Source: Thermoplasmata archaeon
Lineage (GTDB): Archaea > Thermoplasmatota > Thermoplasmata > Lutacidiplasmatales > UBA184
Length of the DNA: 64,000 nt
Assembly: GCA_028864975.1 (NCBI GenBank)
Contig: JAGWLG010000003.1
Location: forward strand, 64,001-128,000
Direction: 5' to 3'
Positions 1 through 9,498 of this stretch are shown here, in pieces (position 1 is the first letter of the stretch; every line of letters starts with the position of its first letter). Below the pieces are notes generated by a model, which did not search any database, had not been told where the DNA came from, and saw only the letters and a program-made list of their open reading frames with translations. The translations under genes were made by a program, and so were the position numbers.

Positions 1-187
1 CGGCGAAAGCCAGGACCTTGTCGCCGGCGGGGTCGAACTCCTCCAGAGAGACCAGGATCCTACGGTTGGTGAGACGCACGACCGCCCGGGGCATCTCGCT
101 CTTGAGCTGACGGAGTCGGTAACGGTAGTCCGTCTTGCCTTCGCGCTGGCGGCGGAACTTCACGCGGTAGCGAGGACCATGCGCCAT
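1..187 (-). CDS. rpl18: 50S ribosomal protein L18 (5' part; runs off the window start)
   Basis: Manual translation from ATG at 187: MAHGPRYRVKFRRQREGKTDYRYRLRQLKSEMPRAVVRLTNRRILV, the archaeal L18 N-terminus; directly follows the L19e stop. Not in the ORF track because it is truncated. Confidence 0.95.
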   Translation of the reverse strand, partial: MAHGPRYRVKFRRQREGKTDYRYRLRQLKSEMPRAVVRLTNRRILVSLEEFDPAGDKVLAFA

Positions 188-646
188 CTACGCAGCCTCC
201 TTGAGCGCGCCCGCGAGCCGCAGGTTCATGAGCAGGTGGGAACGGCTGCGGAACATCCCGCCCTTCGCCTTGCGGTAGTACTCCCGGTAGACCTTGGGGG
301 TGATCTTCTTCGAGGTGCGGAGCTCCGCGAGCAGCTCGCGCTGCGGGCGGATGCGGTGGATCCAGCGCTCCTTGCCGGTGAGTCGGGAGGTGGGCGGACC
401 CTTGCGCGAGCCCACGCCCTGATGGCGGCCGCGGTCGAGCTCCTCCTGGTGCTTGCGAGCGCGGACGCGCGAGACCCCCTTCACGGCCTTGCGTTGGATG
501 ACCCCCGTCGCGATCGCGCGCCGGATGTCCTGGCGCGTCACCTGGTCCGAGAGGTCCTCGATGCTCGCAGGGTCGATCCAGACGCGGCCCTCCCCGCACT
601 TGAGGAGCGAGGCGGCCATCCGACGTTGGTTGCGAAGGTCGGTCAC
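188..646 (-). CDS. rpl19e: 50S ribosomal protein L19e
   Basis: MTDLRNQRRMAASLLKCGEGRVWIDP...KAKGGMFRS; operon position. Confidence 0.97.
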   Translation of the reverse strand: MTDLRNQRRMAASLLKCGEGRVWIDPASIEDLSDQVTRQDIRRAIATGVIQRKAVKGVSRVRARKHQEELDRGRHQGVGSRKGPPTSRLTGKERWIHRIRPQRELLAELRTSKKITPKVYREYYRKAKGGMFRSRSHLLMNLRLAGALKEAA

Positions 647-1284
647 TGGTTCCCCTCCTCCTTCAGGATCGGGTTCAGCACGTGGATGCCCTTCTTGCGG
701 GCGATCTCTTCGAGAAGCAACCGCTTGCGTACGCCCACGCCGTGGGCGATGACCGCGGCCTCCCGCTTCGGGTCGATCCCCTCGAGCTCCTTCGAGTTCC
801 AGACCACCTGGGGACGGAATCCCGTCGGGGTGAGCCCACGGACCTTCGCCGGCGTCCGATAGCCGATGGACACGATGTTCGCACGGTACCCGTAGTGGCG
901 GCGCTGCTTCGACTGAAGTCCGCGAGGGCGGCGCCAGCTGCCCCAGCGACCGATCCGCACGTAGCGGTTCGCCGCCTGGCGGCCGAAGATCGGCCGTCGG
1001 CGGTCGACGGAGCGTCGCAGGTGCAGGAGCCGACGTTCCTCCCCTTCGAGCGTGGCACGCTTCGGCGCGAGCGGGCCGTCCTCCTTCTCCTTCCCTTCGC
1101 GCTCAGACTTCTCGCCCTTGGCGGCCTTGTCCTCGCCGGCCTTCGGCTTTTCCACCTTGGCCGCGGACGAAGGTGCAGGGGCCGCGAGCTTGGCCACAGG
1201 CTTCGCGATGGGCTTCTTCACGGGGGTCGCCGCGGTGGTCGTGGTCGCAGGGGCGGCCGAGGGCGACTTCGTCTCGTCGGACAT
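643..1284 (-). CDS. rpl32e: 50S ribosomal protein L32e with about 70-aa low-complexity N-terminal extension
   Basis: WRRPRGLQSKQRR...IGYRTP..VRGLTPTGF core; start set to ATG 1284 (MSDETK) just after the L6 stop. Confidence 0.93.
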   Translation of the reverse strand: MSDETKSPSAAPATTTTAATPVKKPIAKPVAKLAAPAPSSAAKVEKPKAGEDKAAKGEKSEREGKEKEDGPLAPKRATLEGEERRLLHLRRSVDRRRPIFGRQAANRYVRIGRWGSWRRPRGLQSKQRRHYGYRANIVSIGYRTPAKVRGLTPTGFRPQVVWNSKELEGIDPKREAAVIAHGVGVRKRLLLEEIARKKGIHVLNPILKEEGNQ

Positions 1285-1288
1285 CGGC

Positions 1289-1858
1289 CTACTCGCCTCC
1301 CATCGGGTGCGCCTTGACGATGATGTAGACACCGTCCTGGAAGACGCGCGGGTCGTAGTTGCGGATGCGGGTCGCTCGCTCGAGGTTCGCGGCGGACTGC
1401 CCCACCGCCTCGATGTCGTTCCCCTTGAGCACGACCACGTCGCCCTCGATCGCGGCCTTCGTCGCTCCGAGCAGCTTCGAGCGGCGCGGCATCTTCTCGT
1501 TCAGGAAGTTCTCGATGAGCACCGTGTCCTCGCGCGAGGAGAGCTTCATTGGGAAGTGAGCGGAGACCGCCTTGCAGCGGGCCTCGAACCCCAGGGTGAC
1601 CCCTGTGAGGAGGTTCGCCACGTGGCGCTCCCACGTGAGCAGGAGCGCACGGCTGCGCTTTCGCGGGGGGAGCAGGAGCGTGAGCACCGCCTGCCCGCCC
1701 TTCGTGCTGAGAGCGAGGGCGCCCACGGGGAAGCTCCGTGCGACCTTGCCCAGCTTGCCCTCGGCGACGATGGACGCGCCGTCCAAGCGAAGCTTCGCGC
1801 CTTGGGGAAGGGCGACCTCGACGGAGGGGCGCGCGGGGCCCTGGGTCTCAGTAGACAT
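1289..1858 (-). CDS. rpl6: 50S ribosomal protein L6
   Basis: HFPMKL...IENFLNEK..R...DIEAVGQSAANLERATRIRNYDPRVFQDGVYI. Confidence 0.97.
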   Translation of the reverse strand: MSTETQGPARPSVEVALPQGAKLRLDGASIVAEGKLGKVARSFPVGALALSTKGGQAVLTLLLPPRKRSRALLLTWERHVANLLTGVTLGFEARCKAVSAHFPMKLSSREDTVLIENFLNEKMPRRSKLLGATKAAIEGDVVVLKGNDIEAVGQSAANLERATRIRNYDPRVFQDGVYIIVKAHPMGGE

Positions 1859-2237
1859 AGGCGAGAAGCTTCCCTCCGATGCCGAGCTCCCGCGCCTTCG
1901 TCTGGCTCACCACGCCGCGGGAGGTGGTGAGGATCAGCAGGCCGAAGTCCTGGGCGGGCAGGTAGCGCGACTCGTAGCGCTCAAGCTCGCGCACCCCGAC
2001 CGAGAGACGGGGCTTGAGCACGCCGCAGGAGTTGATCCTCCGGCTGAGCGCGACGGCGTAGGCGCCGCCCTGGCCGTTCTCCTCGTAGTGAAACTCTCCG
2101 ATGTAGCCATGCTCCCGAAGGATCCCCAGGACGTTCCCCACCAGGCGGGAAATGGGGCGGAGCGTCACGGTCTCCTGGCCGCGGAGGTCGGCATGGCGCA
2201 GCGCGAGGAGGGCGTCGTTGAGCAGGTCCTGTCGCAT
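1848..2237 (-). CDS. rps8: 30S ribosomal protein S8
   Basis: DLLNDAL...GYIGEF...RYLPAQDFGLLILTTSRGVVSQ..A....IGGKLLAYVY. Confidence 0.97.
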   Translation of the reverse strand: MRQDLLNDALLALRHADLRGQETVTLRPISRLVGNVLGILREHGYIGEFHYEENGQGGAYAVALSRRINSCGVLKPRLSVGVRELERYESRYLPAQDFGLLILTTSRGVVSQTKARELGIGGKLLAYVY

Positions 2238-2255
2238 GGTCTCTTCTCCTCCCTC

Positions 2256-2402
2256 CTACTGGTACTTGCGGAACCCCAGGTCCCGCGCCACTTCGCGGAA
2301 GCACTGACGGCAGAAGTGGAGCCCGTACCGTCGGACGATCCCCCGCTTGCGCCCGCAGCGGCTGCAGCCGATCTTGCGACCGAAGAACTTCTTGGGCTTC
2401 AT
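2256..2402 (-). CDS. rps14: 30S ribosomal protein S14 (zinc-binding type), 48 aa
   Basis: Manual translation [48 protein letters not shown], with CxxC...CxxC; lies between L5 and S8; below the ORF-track length cutoff. Confidence 0.95.
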   Translation of the reverse strand: MKPKKFFGRKIGCSRCGRKRGIVRRYGLHFCRQCFREVARDLGFRKYQ

Positions 2403-2424
2403 GTCGACCGCTCCTTCCTCCGTC

Positions 2425-3015
2425 CTATTCGATGAAGATGACGCCGAAGGCCTCGGCGAGGAACTTGCGGGTCTCGTCGGGGGTGGGTCGGTTGTGGATG
2501 CCCAGGGAACGGTGGGCCCTCGCGCGGTGCCGGACGCGCCAACCCGCGCGGCCGACCTCGACGCAGACGTCCATGCCGTAGATCCCGATCTGGGGGTCGT
2601 ACTTCATCCCGGCAAAGTCCGTGTAGTCGGGCACGCCGAAGGCGAGGTTCCCGACCTTGTCGACGGAGAGGGGGTCCATCCGGTTCTCGCGCGTCGCAAG
2701 CGCCCGCTTGAGGAAGTCGATCGCGACCTCCCCCCGTAGCGTGACCTTGGTCCCGAGCTCCTGGCCCTCGCGGATGCCCAGGTCGCGGTTCGTGCTGTGC
2801 GCCCGCGTCGCGATGGGCTTCTGATGGGTGATCATCTGGAGGACCTTCTCGGCCTTCGTCCTGCGCTCTCCCGCCTCGCCCACGCCGATGTTCACGACGA
2901 CCTTCTCGACGCGCAGCGCGCGCATCGGGTTCGCGCCCGCGGGGGCCTTGGGGGCGGACGGGGTCGAAGGGGAGGGGGAAGAGGCGGGCACGCTCGTCTT
3001 GGCCGGGGCGCTCAT
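2425..3015 (-). CDS. rpl5: 50S ribosomal protein L5 with Pro/Ser/Ala N-terminal extension
   Basis: [23 protein letters not shown]...[14 protein letters not shown]. Confidence 0.97.
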   Translation of the reverse strand: MSAPAKTSVPASSPSPSTPSAPKAPAGANPMRALRVEKVVVNIGVGEAGERRTKAEKVLQMITHQKPIATRAHSTNRDLGIREGQELGTKVTLRGEVAIDFLKRALATRENRMDPLSVDKVGNLAFGVPDYTDFAGMKYDPQIGIYGMDVCVEVGRAGWRVRHRARAHRSLGIHNRPTPDETRKFLAEAFGVIFIE

Positions 3016-3728
3016 GGGCTAAGACCTCCCGGGAGCGTGACGAGGGCGGTCTCCGTGCCGACAATGAAGACATAGTCCTTCACGGTCGAGAATCCCTCCT
3101 TGAAGTGGACGCGGTTGGGCTGCGACGAGGGGATCACCTCGACCTTGTCGACGCGGGCCAGCTCGCCGACGTGGCTCCCGCCGGAGATGAACGCGAGCGC
3201 GTTCGACCCGAGGGCGATCCGCTGCAGGACCTTCTGCCCCGGCAGCTCGACGCGCAGGGTGTCCCCCACTTTGATCTCGGTCGGGGCGCCGACTAGGAGG
3301 TTCCGGCCGTCGTGGAGCGTGAGTGCGATCTTGCCGCCGGCGACCGTGTGCTTGAAGCGGACCCGTCCGAGCTTGAACTTCGCGTCCGGGGGGGGGATCG
3401 GCAGGAGCGTGAGGCGGCCTCGCCGGTCCCTCAGCATCCGGTAGTCCTTCGCGAGCGGAGCGGCGATGGAAACGACGTCCATGAGCCCGATGCCCCGGGC
3501 GACGTCCTTGACGACCTTCCCGTCGACCCGGACCTTCCCCTCTCGGAGCAGGATGCGCGCTTCCCGCGCGGTGTTCGCGAGGTGGAGGATGTCCCGCAGG
3601 ACCATCACGAGCGGCATCGAGTCGTTCTGGCCGTGCGGGCCAGGGGAAGGGCGCTGCACCCACTTCCGCCCCTTGCGAGCGATCGGCCAGCTGCGCGGGG
3701 AAGCCCTTCTCTTCAACCGGAACGGCAT
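3012..3728 (-). CDS. rps4e: 30S ribosomal protein S4e
   Basis: LKRRASPRSWPIARKGRKW...PGPH...SMPL..VLRD...KVDGKV. Confidence 0.97.
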   Translation of the reverse strand: MPFRLKRRASPRSWPIARKGRKWVQRPSPGPHGQNDSMPLVMVLRDILHLANTAREARILLREGKVRVDGKVVKDVARGIGLMDVVSIAAPLAKDYRMLRDRRGRLTLLPIPPPDAKFKLGRVRFKHTVAGGKIALTLHDGRNLLVGAPTEIKVGDTLRVELPGQKVLQRIALGSNALAFISGGSHVGELARVDKVEVIPSSQPNRVHFKEGFSTVKDYVFIVGTETALVTLPGGLSP

Positions 3729-3730
3729 GT

Positions 3731-4246
3731 CTACTCCTCTCCGTCGTCCTGGGCCTCATCGCCCTTCGGCCCGGCGGGTTCCTTCTTCTCGGTCTCCGGC
3801 TCCGACTTCGACCCCGACTCCTCGGCCGCCTCGTCGGAGGAGACCTCCTCCGCTTCCTCCTCGGCCGCCTCTTCGGGGGCCTTGAGCACGCGGCGCCGCC
3901 AGGGGTCGGCCAGGTTGAGCTTGGTGATCATGAGGTGGCCGATGGGGAGCGGGAGCTGCTTCAGCTTCTTGTCCGCCTTCTGCAACGTCACGTTGTCCAG
4001 GACCACGGCGTAGTGGCGGTAGTCGACCTTGGCGACGCGCTCCTCTCGTCCGATGTAGTTACCGGCAAGGACGCGGACCGTGTCCCCCTTGCGGACCGGG
4101 ATCCTGCGTCTGCCGTAGCGCGAGCGGAGCTCGCGGGAGAGCGGCAGCGCGAGGCGCTTCCGCCGCAAATGATGGGGCGCTCGGTAGAGCGCCTTGCGTT
4201 GGGCCCGGGGGTGGTAGGAGGTCGTCCCCTTCACGCTCGGCTGCAT
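3731..4246 (-). CDS. rpl24: 50S ribosomal protein L24 with acidic C-terminal tail
   Basis: PRAQRKALYRAPHH...LSRELR..YG...VRKGDTVRVLAG. Confidence 0.96.
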   Translation of the reverse strand: MQPSVKGTTSYHPRAQRKALYRAPHHLRRKRLALPLSRELRSRYGRRRIPVRKGDTVRVLAGNYIGREERVAKVDYRHYAVVLDNVTLQKADKKLKQLPLPIGHLMITKLNLADPWRRRVLKAPEEAAEEEAEEVSSDEAAEESGSKSEPETEKKEPAGPKGDEAQDDGEE

Positions 4247-4271
4247 TCGAACGCCCTCCTCCTCCTCGGTC

Positions 4272-4670
4272 CTAAACGATCATGGAGGCCGCGGCGGCGA
4301 TCCTCGGCCATCGTTCAGCCGCCTCTTTGGCCACAGGGCCTTTGATCTGGGAACCTTTGGTCTCGCCGGTCTCGGTGGTGATCACCGCGGCGTTGTCTTC
4401 GAACATCAGGCGCGTCCCGTCGGCCCGGCGCACGGCCGCCTTCTGTCGGATGATCACGGCGTGCATGACCTTCCGACGGAGGTCGGGGGGGCCCTTCTTG
4501 ACCGAGACGATCACCAGGTCGCCGATGGCGGCTTTCGGGTAGCGTCGGTGGTGACCATGCCAGTTGCGGACGGAGATGATCTCGACGACCTTCGCGCCGG
4601 TGTTGTCCGCGCACTCGAGGCGGGCGCCCTTCGGCAGGGCCCGGGTCCTGGCTCCCGCGAGGCCCTTCAT
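4272..4670 (-). CDS. rpl14: 50S ribosomal protein L14
   Basis: [10 protein letters not shown]...IGD...SVKKG...[23 protein letters not shown]. Confidence 0.98.
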   Translation of the reverse strand: MKGLAGARTRALPKGARLECADNTGAKVVEIISVRNWHGHHRRYPKAAIGDLVIVSVKKGPPDLRRKVMHAVIIRQKAAVRRADGTRLMFEDNAAVITTETGETKGSQIKGPVAKEAAERWPRIAAAASMIV

Positions 4671-5275
4671 GCCTCCCCCTTCGTCGGAGCGCTCGCGGCC
4701 TCCAGCTTCTCCTGGGCCGTCTTCGCCTCGACGGCGCTCTCGGCGGCGACCTGGCTCTTCTCGGCGCGGGCGGCCGCGGCCTCCTCGCCGTGGATCTCGC
4801 GGCGCGCATCCCCCAGGTCCTCGACGACGACGAAGCTCACGTTCTTCGCGAGCGGGCGCGTCTCCGCGATGCGCACGCGGCGACCCGACCTCACCCCGAG
4901 GCAGGGAGGGGCGTGGACGAGGTAGCGACGACGCCGCTTCTCGTACCGCTCGAACTTGGAGACGTAGCGGAGCACGGTCCGGCTCACGACGACCGTCCCC
5001 TGCATGTGGTCGGAGACGACCTCGCCCTCGATCACCTGGCCGCGGACCTTGAGGTGGCCATGGAAAGGACAGTTCAGGTCGTGGCAGGCGGTCTTAGGAA
5101 GCCGCACGTCGAGCCCGATGTCGCGGGCCGCCTTGGTCGCTGGAGCGCGGGGGACGGCGGGGGAAGCGGCCCCGACCGCCGCGAGCTTGGTGGCCGGGCG
5201 GGGCTTCTTGGGAGCGGGCGCGCTCGCCGGACGGGGCGAGGGCGTTCGCGGAGCTCGTGGGGTGCTTCCCGTCAT
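4667..5275 (-). CDS. rps17: 30S ribosomal protein S17 with N- and C-terminal extensions
   Basis: [10 protein letters not shown]...[17 protein letters not shown]...YERR...HAPPC...[14 protein letters not shown]; start ATG 5275 inside track ORF 4667..5920. Confidence 0.95.
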   Translation of the reverse strand: MTGSTPRAPRTPSPRPASAPAPKKPRPATKLAAVGAASPAVPRAPATKAARDIGLDVRLPKTACHDLNCPFHGHLKVRGQVIEGEVVSDHMQGTVVVSRTVLRYVSKFERYEKRRRRYLVHAPPCLGVRSGRRVRIAETRPLAKNVSFVVVEDLGDARREIHGEEAAAARAEKSQVAAESAVEAKTAQEKLEAASAPTKGEA

Positions 5276-5625
5276 GGTCGACGCGACCTCCCCTTCGGGG
5301 CCAGTCGCTTGATCCGGTCTTCGGGGCGGTGGCGTAGCTCGTCCCCTATAAAGTGTACCGCCTTCCCATCCCGGGTGACCAGCGCCTCCAATCCCCCCTT
5401 CGGGAGCGTGCGCTCGTGACCCCCGGTCGTCGGCACCACACGGAAGGTGTTCCGTGTCTCGTCGACGACGACGCCCTCCCAGGGGAGGCGTTGCCACCCT
5501 GGGGCGTGCAAGATCGTGAGATGGGCACCTAGGAACTCGCCCATCAGGTCGAGGGGAGTGGCTTCGGCGACCTGGGGGCGCTCGAGGAGCGTGGCGCTCG
5601 CGACCGGTCGCGCACCTTCCCCCAT
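5272..5625 (-). CDS. rnp1: Ribonuclease P protein component 1 (Rpp29)
   Basis: EFLGAHLTIL..GVVVDETRNTF....GDEL..RPEDRIK; canonical position between L29 and S17. Confidence 0.92.
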   Translation of the reverse strand: MGEGARPVASATLLERPQVAEATPLDLMGEFLGAHLTILHAPGWQRLPWEGVVVDETRNTFRVVPTTGGHERTLPKGGLEALVTRDGKAVHFIGDELRHRPEDRIKRLAPKGRSRRP

Positions 5626-5655
5626 CGTCGTCCTCCGATCCTCTCAGGAGCCTGA

Positions 5656-5913
5656 TCACGAGGCGGCGCCCGCCTCGCTCGCGGTGGAGGACGAGCGGCC
5701 GCCCATGGCGGAGGCCCGTCGGCGCTCGGACTTCACGGTGAGCGCTCGGGCCAGGTCGGTCCTCAGCGCGCGGAGGTGTCCCGGCGATGCGGGAGCGCCT
5801 CCCATCGCGGCGATGCCGCGCTCTCGCAGGAGGTCGGACTCGATCTCGCCGATCTTGCGGTCCAGGTCCTCTTCCGGGAGCTGGCGCAGCTCTCTCATGC
5901 GCAGGAGCGTCAC
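5656..5913 (-). CDS. rpl29: 50S ribosomal protein L29
   Basis: LLRMRELRQL.EE.L..KI.E...DLLRER...GG...SPG.LR.LRTDLARALTV; GTG start overlapping the S3 stop. Confidence 0.93.
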   Translation of the reverse strand: MTLLRMRELRQLPEEDLDRKIGEIESDLLRERGIAAMGGAPASPGHLRALRTDLARALTVKSERRRASAMGGRSSSTASEAGAAS

Positions 5914-6647
5914 TTCGCACCTCGATCGCCTGCGGGTGCCAGCTCGACGGGGGCGGCCGCGGCCGTCTCCTCAGGGACCGAGGGGGCCGTGACGGTCGGA
6001 GCGTTGGTCCCGGTCGCGAGCGCTTGGGCCGTGGCGCTTCCCGCGGGGGCCGCCGCGCCCTTAACTTGGATCTCGTCAGGCATCCGCGCCGACGGGTGCA
6101 TGATCCAGACGTTGACCCCGATGACGCCGGGCTTCAGCTTCGCCTGGGCGAAGCCCTTGTCCATGTCGTAGAGGGAGGCCTGTCCGCAGTACTTGATCAT
6201 CCCGGCCTTGAACCGCTCCGTCCGGTGGCGCTCGCCGGTGAGCTTCCCGGAGAGGATGACCTGGGTACCCCGCGCACCGCTCTCCATGATGCGGCGGACG
6301 GTGGAGTGGCCCGCGCGACGGAAGTGCCAACCGCGCTCCAGCGTCGCGGCCAACTTCTCCGCCATGAGCTGGGCGTTCAGGTTGGGCTGGCGTTCCTCGA
6401 CGACCTCGATCTTCGGGTTGTCGACCTGGAACCGCTCGGCCAGGGTCTGGGTCAGGCGGTTGATGAACTCGCCCCTCCGCCCGATGATGATCCCGGGACG
6501 TTCGCAGATGAGCGTGATGCGCGTCCCCATCGGGGTACGCTGGATGTCGAGGCCGCCGAAGCCGGCCCGCTCGGACTCGTGGACCAGGTAGTCCTTGAGC
6601 AGGACGCGCCGGACCCCTTCCTGGATGAACTTCCGTTCGTTCGCCAT
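5910..6647 (-). CDS. rps3: 30S ribosomal protein S3 with Ala/Pro-rich C-terminal tail
   Basis: ERAGFGGLDIQRTPMGTRITL..ERPGIIIGRRG...GWHFRRAGH...SGKLTGER. Confidence 0.98.
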   Translation of the reverse strand: MANERKFIQEGVRRVLLKDYLVHESERAGFGGLDIQRTPMGTRITLICERPGIIIGRRGEFINRLTQTLAERFQVDNPKIEVVEERQPNLNAQLMAEKLAATLERGWHFRRAGHSTVRRIMESGARGTQVILSGKLTGERHRTERFKAGMIKYCGQASLYDMDKGFAQAKLKPGVIGVNVWIMHPSARMPDEIQVKGAAAPAGSATAQALATGTNAPTVTAPSVPEETAAAAPVELAPAGDRGAK

Positions 6648-6653
6648 GTCTCC

Positions 6654-7103
6654 CTAGTCCTCCTCGGTCAGCACGATCTCGACGTTCGTGGTCTGCTCGT
6701 TCCACGCGCTCGACCGTCCGTGGGCGCGGGGCATGTAGCTCTTGAGGATCCGGCCGCGGGCGCAGGAGGCCACCGTGACCCTGAGGTTGTCGGTGTCCAT
6801 CCCCTCGTAGTCCGCGTTCGCCTCCGCGTTCGCGAGCACTTTGAGGACCTCCTTCGCGACCTTCACGGGGTAGCGGCCGGGGCCGGACTCCTTGTGATGG
6901 GCCGTCTCCTGGTTGTAGCGGCGGAAGGGCACAGCGCTCTTCAGGTCGCGGACGCGCTCGAGGAACGAGCGTGCGTCGTCCAGGGGGAGGCCCCGGATGG
7001 CGTTCATGACCTCGTAGGTTTTCTTCGGGGAGATGTGCAGCTCGGCCCCCAGGGCCCGTGCGACGACCTTCCCGCGGGGAGGGTTGTAGGTGTAGCCGCG
7101 CAT
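6654..7103 (-). CDS. rpl22: 50S ribosomal protein L22
   Basis: ISPKK..EV.NAIRG...VPFRRYN...GRYPVK...MPRAHGRS; start ATG 7103 chosen for the upstream GGAGG. Confidence 0.96.
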   Translation of the reverse strand: MRGYTYNPPRGKVVARALGAELHISPKKTYEVMNAIRGLPLDDARSFLERVRDLKSAVPFRRYNQETAHHKESGPGRYPVKVAKEVLKVLANAEANADYEGMDTDNLRVTVASCARGRILKSYMPRAHGRSSAWNEQTTNVEIVLTEED

Positions 7104-7133
7104 CGTTCCTTCCACCCTCCTTCCTGACCCGAC

Positions 7134-7559
7134 CTACTTCAGCGGCATGAACTTCGAGCTGCGCGTGGCCCCGACACCGGGACCGGAGTGCTTCTCGAAG
7201 CGGCGCGTGAGACAGAACTCGCCCAGGTAGTGGCCGATCATCTCCGGGCGGATCTCCACTTCCTTGAACTCCTTCCCCGAAAAGACCGCGACCTTCTGGC
7301 CCACGAACCGGGGGAGGACGATGACGTCGCGGCAGTGCGTGCGGACGGGCTTCCCCTTGGGGGGGAGGGAGAGCTTCTCGACGAGGATCTGCTGCTCCGC
7401 GTTGAAGCCGCGCCGCAGGGTCCGACGGATGCGGGAGGGGAGGAGCTTCGCGAGCTCGGGGAGCGGGAGCGCCTTCAGCTCCTCGAGGGACTTGCCCCGG
7501 AGCGCGTACTCCTTCTTCTTGCGCAGCTCGACACCCTTCTTCTTCGTGCGTTTCGCCAT
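7134..7559 (-). CDS. rps19: 30S ribosomal protein S19
   Basis: RTHCRDVIVLP..VG...EMIGHYLGEF.LTR...HSGPGVGATRSSKFMPLK. Confidence 0.98.
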   Translation of the reverse strand: MAKRTKKKGVELRKKKEYALRGKSLEELKALPLPELAKLLPSRIRRTLRRGFNAEQQILVEKLSLPPKGKPVRTHCRDVIVLPRFVGQKVAVFSGKEFKEVEIRPEMIGHYLGEFCLTRRFEKHSGPGVGATRSSKFMPLK

Positions 7560-7567
7560 GGGTCCTC

Positions 7568-8287
7568 CTACGCGGCTCCTGGACGCTTGGCGCGCTTACG
7601 GCGAGGGGAGAAGCGTCCGACCTTCGCCCCCGGCCAGGTACCGGAGGAGACGGTCGAGGGACGCCCCACGTGCTGGTGCGCGCCGCCGCCGAAGGGATGG
7701 TTCACGGGGTTCATCGCGACCCCCCGGACCTTGAACGGGGCCTTCGCGAGCGACTGGTAGGCGTAGACCTTCTTGCCCGCCTTGGTGAACGGGCGGTCGC
7801 CACGGCCACCGCCGGCGACGGGACCGATCTGCGCGCGGCAGGTCGGGTGGAGGCGCTTGAACGCGCCGCTGGGGAGCTGGAGCGTCACGGTCTTCGGGTC
7901 GTGGGCGACGATGAGGGCGCTCGTCCCGGCGGCCCGGATCATCTTCCCGCCGTCGTTGGGCTGGATCTCGATGTTCGAGACGAGCGTCCCGTCGGGGATC
8001 TGCTCGAGCGGCAGGACCGATCCGCGCGCGAGCGGACCTGCCCCCAGGGCGACCCGGTCGCCCGTGGCGGCTCCCGCCGGGGCGACGAGCCGGAAGACCT
8101 TCCCGTCATCCGAGCGGACCTCGGCGACGGGGGAGGAACGGCCGGGGGCGTGGACGAGGGCTTCGACGGTCCCCTCGACGCGCAGCGAGATGTCGGGCAG
8201 GCGCACCGGGCCGTGATGCCGGTGGCTGGGGGAGCGGTAGGTGAAGGTCCCGGCGCCGCGACGCCGGGAGATGATGCGTTTTCCCAT
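7568..8287 (-). CDS. rpl2: 50S ribosomal protein L2
   Basis: MGKRIISRRRG...VRGVAMNPVNHPFGGG. Confidence 0.98.
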   Translation of the reverse strand: MGKRIISRRRGAGTFTYRSPSHRHHGPVRLPDISLRVEGTVEALVHAPGRSSPVAEVRSDDGKVFRLVAPAGAATGDRVALGAGPLARGSVLPLEQIPDGTLVSNIEIQPNDGGKMIRAAGTSALIVAHDPKTVTLQLPSGAFKRLHPTCRAQIGPVAGGGRGDRPFTKAGKKVYAYQSLAKAPFKVRGVAMNPVNHPFGGGAHQHVGRPSTVSSGTWPGAKVGRFSPRRKRAKRPGAA

Positions 8288-8553
8288 CAGAACACCCCGG
8301 CCCGAGAGCCGATGTCCTCGGACGAATAGTCCTTGGTGAAGCGGACCGTGGCGATCTTCCCCGGGCGTCCCACCTTGATCGTGACCTTGGCGACCTTCGC
8401 CTTGTAGAGGTCCTCGACGGCCCTCTTGACGTCACCGCGCGTCGCGCGCCGCTCGACGACGAACTCGAGCTTGTTCTGCCGCTCCATCTCGTCCATGGCC
8501 TTCTCCGTCACGTAGGCATGGAGGAGGACCCTGGGCTTCTCCCCGGTCGTCAT
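8287..8553 (-). CDS. rpl23: 50S ribosomal protein L23
   Basis: VTEKAMDEMERQNKLEFVV...K.AVEDLY..KV.KV; start ATG 8553 inside track ORF 8287..9222. Confidence 0.95.
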   Translation of the reverse strand: MTTGEKPRVLLHAYVTEKAMDEMERQNKLEFVVERRATRGDVKRAVEDLYKAKVAKVTIKVGRPGKIATVRFTKDYSSEDIGSRAGVF

Positions 8554-9494
8554 GCGGCACCCCCCTTGGGGGTGGGTGCGGGCGTGGGGGACGTCGTCGT
8601 GGACGGGGAGCGGGCCGGGAGCGAGGAGATCCCGGTCTTCGGGAACCGGCCCCGGATCTTCTCCAGCGACGCGGGAGTGTAGATCGTGAGGCGTCCGGGG
8701 ACGCCGCCTGGGGCGAGGTGCTCCGTGCCCAGGGAATCGAGGGGGATGACGTCGACCCCGGGGAAGTTGCGGAAGCCCCGGGCCTTGCCCGAAGCGCTCA
8801 CGACGAGGAGGAGGCTTAGGGGATGGCGTCGGACCCGACCTCGCATCTTGCCCTTGCCGGCGCGGACATGGACCCCGTCGCGGGCCCGCTCCACGTCGCT
8901 CCAGAGACCTACGGCCTCCAGGACCTCGCGGGCCCTGGCCGCGCTCTCGACCTCTTCCAGGGCGTTCTCGAAGACGAAGGGAAGGTGGGCGTGCGTCGGG
9001 AGGTCGTGCCCCCGCTCGAGGATATAGCGAGCCTCGCGGGTCGCGGCCAGGGCGGCGGCGAGGGCCCTCTGACGCTCCTTGACGTTCATCTTGCGGGCCC
9101 AGATCGCATCGGCGCGCGGAGGGTGCGCAGCCCGGCCCCCGACGGTGTTCGGGGACTGGGCCCCGGTGTTGCCGTCCATCAGGCGGGGCGTCCGCGCGAC
9201 ACCGTGACCCTTCCCGGACCACTCGACGCTGTGCCGCATGCCGGCCTTTCGGCTGGGGCCGTAAGGCTGGCGGCGATTCGCCTGAGCGGACCGCACAGCC
9301 CGCAGGACGAGGTCCGGGCGGACCGGCGCGGAGAATATCTCGGGCAAGGCGAGCTGCTCGCCAGCCTTTCCCTCCAGAGAGAGCACGGGGGCTCGGTGGA
9401 CGTGGGCCGAGGGAGCGGTCGGCTTCGCGGCGGGAGCGGCGCTCTTCACCGGGGCGCCCGACTTCGGGGTGAAGGGGGAAGCGGGCGTGGACAT
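8550..9494 (-). CDS. rpl4: 50S ribosomal protein L4 with terminal extensions
   Basis: VRPDLVLRAV...QPYG...GKGHGVARTPR...GGRAAHPP...RAGKGKMRGR...LAPGG.PGRLT. Confidence 0.97.
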   Translation of the reverse strand: MSTPASPFTPKSGAPVKSAAPAAKPTAPSAHVHRAPVLSLEGKAGEQLALPEIFSAPVRPDLVLRAVRSAQANRRQPYGPSRKAGMRHSVEWSGKGHGVARTPRLMDGNTGAQSPNTVGGRAAHPPRADAIWARKMNVKERQRALAAALAATREARYILERGHDLPTHAHLPFVFENALEEVESAARAREVLEAVGLWSDVERARDGVHVRAGKGKMRGRVRRHPLSLLLVVSASGKARGFRNFPGVDVIPLDSLGTEHLAPGGVPGRLTIYTPASLEKIRGRFPKTGISSLPARSPSTTTSPTPAPTPKGGAA

Positions 9495-9498
9495 CGCT

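Noticed and set aside
5625-5656. No aIF1/SUI1 gene between L29 and Rnp1
   Set aside because: This position is variably occupied among archaea; absence here says nothing without the rest of the genome.
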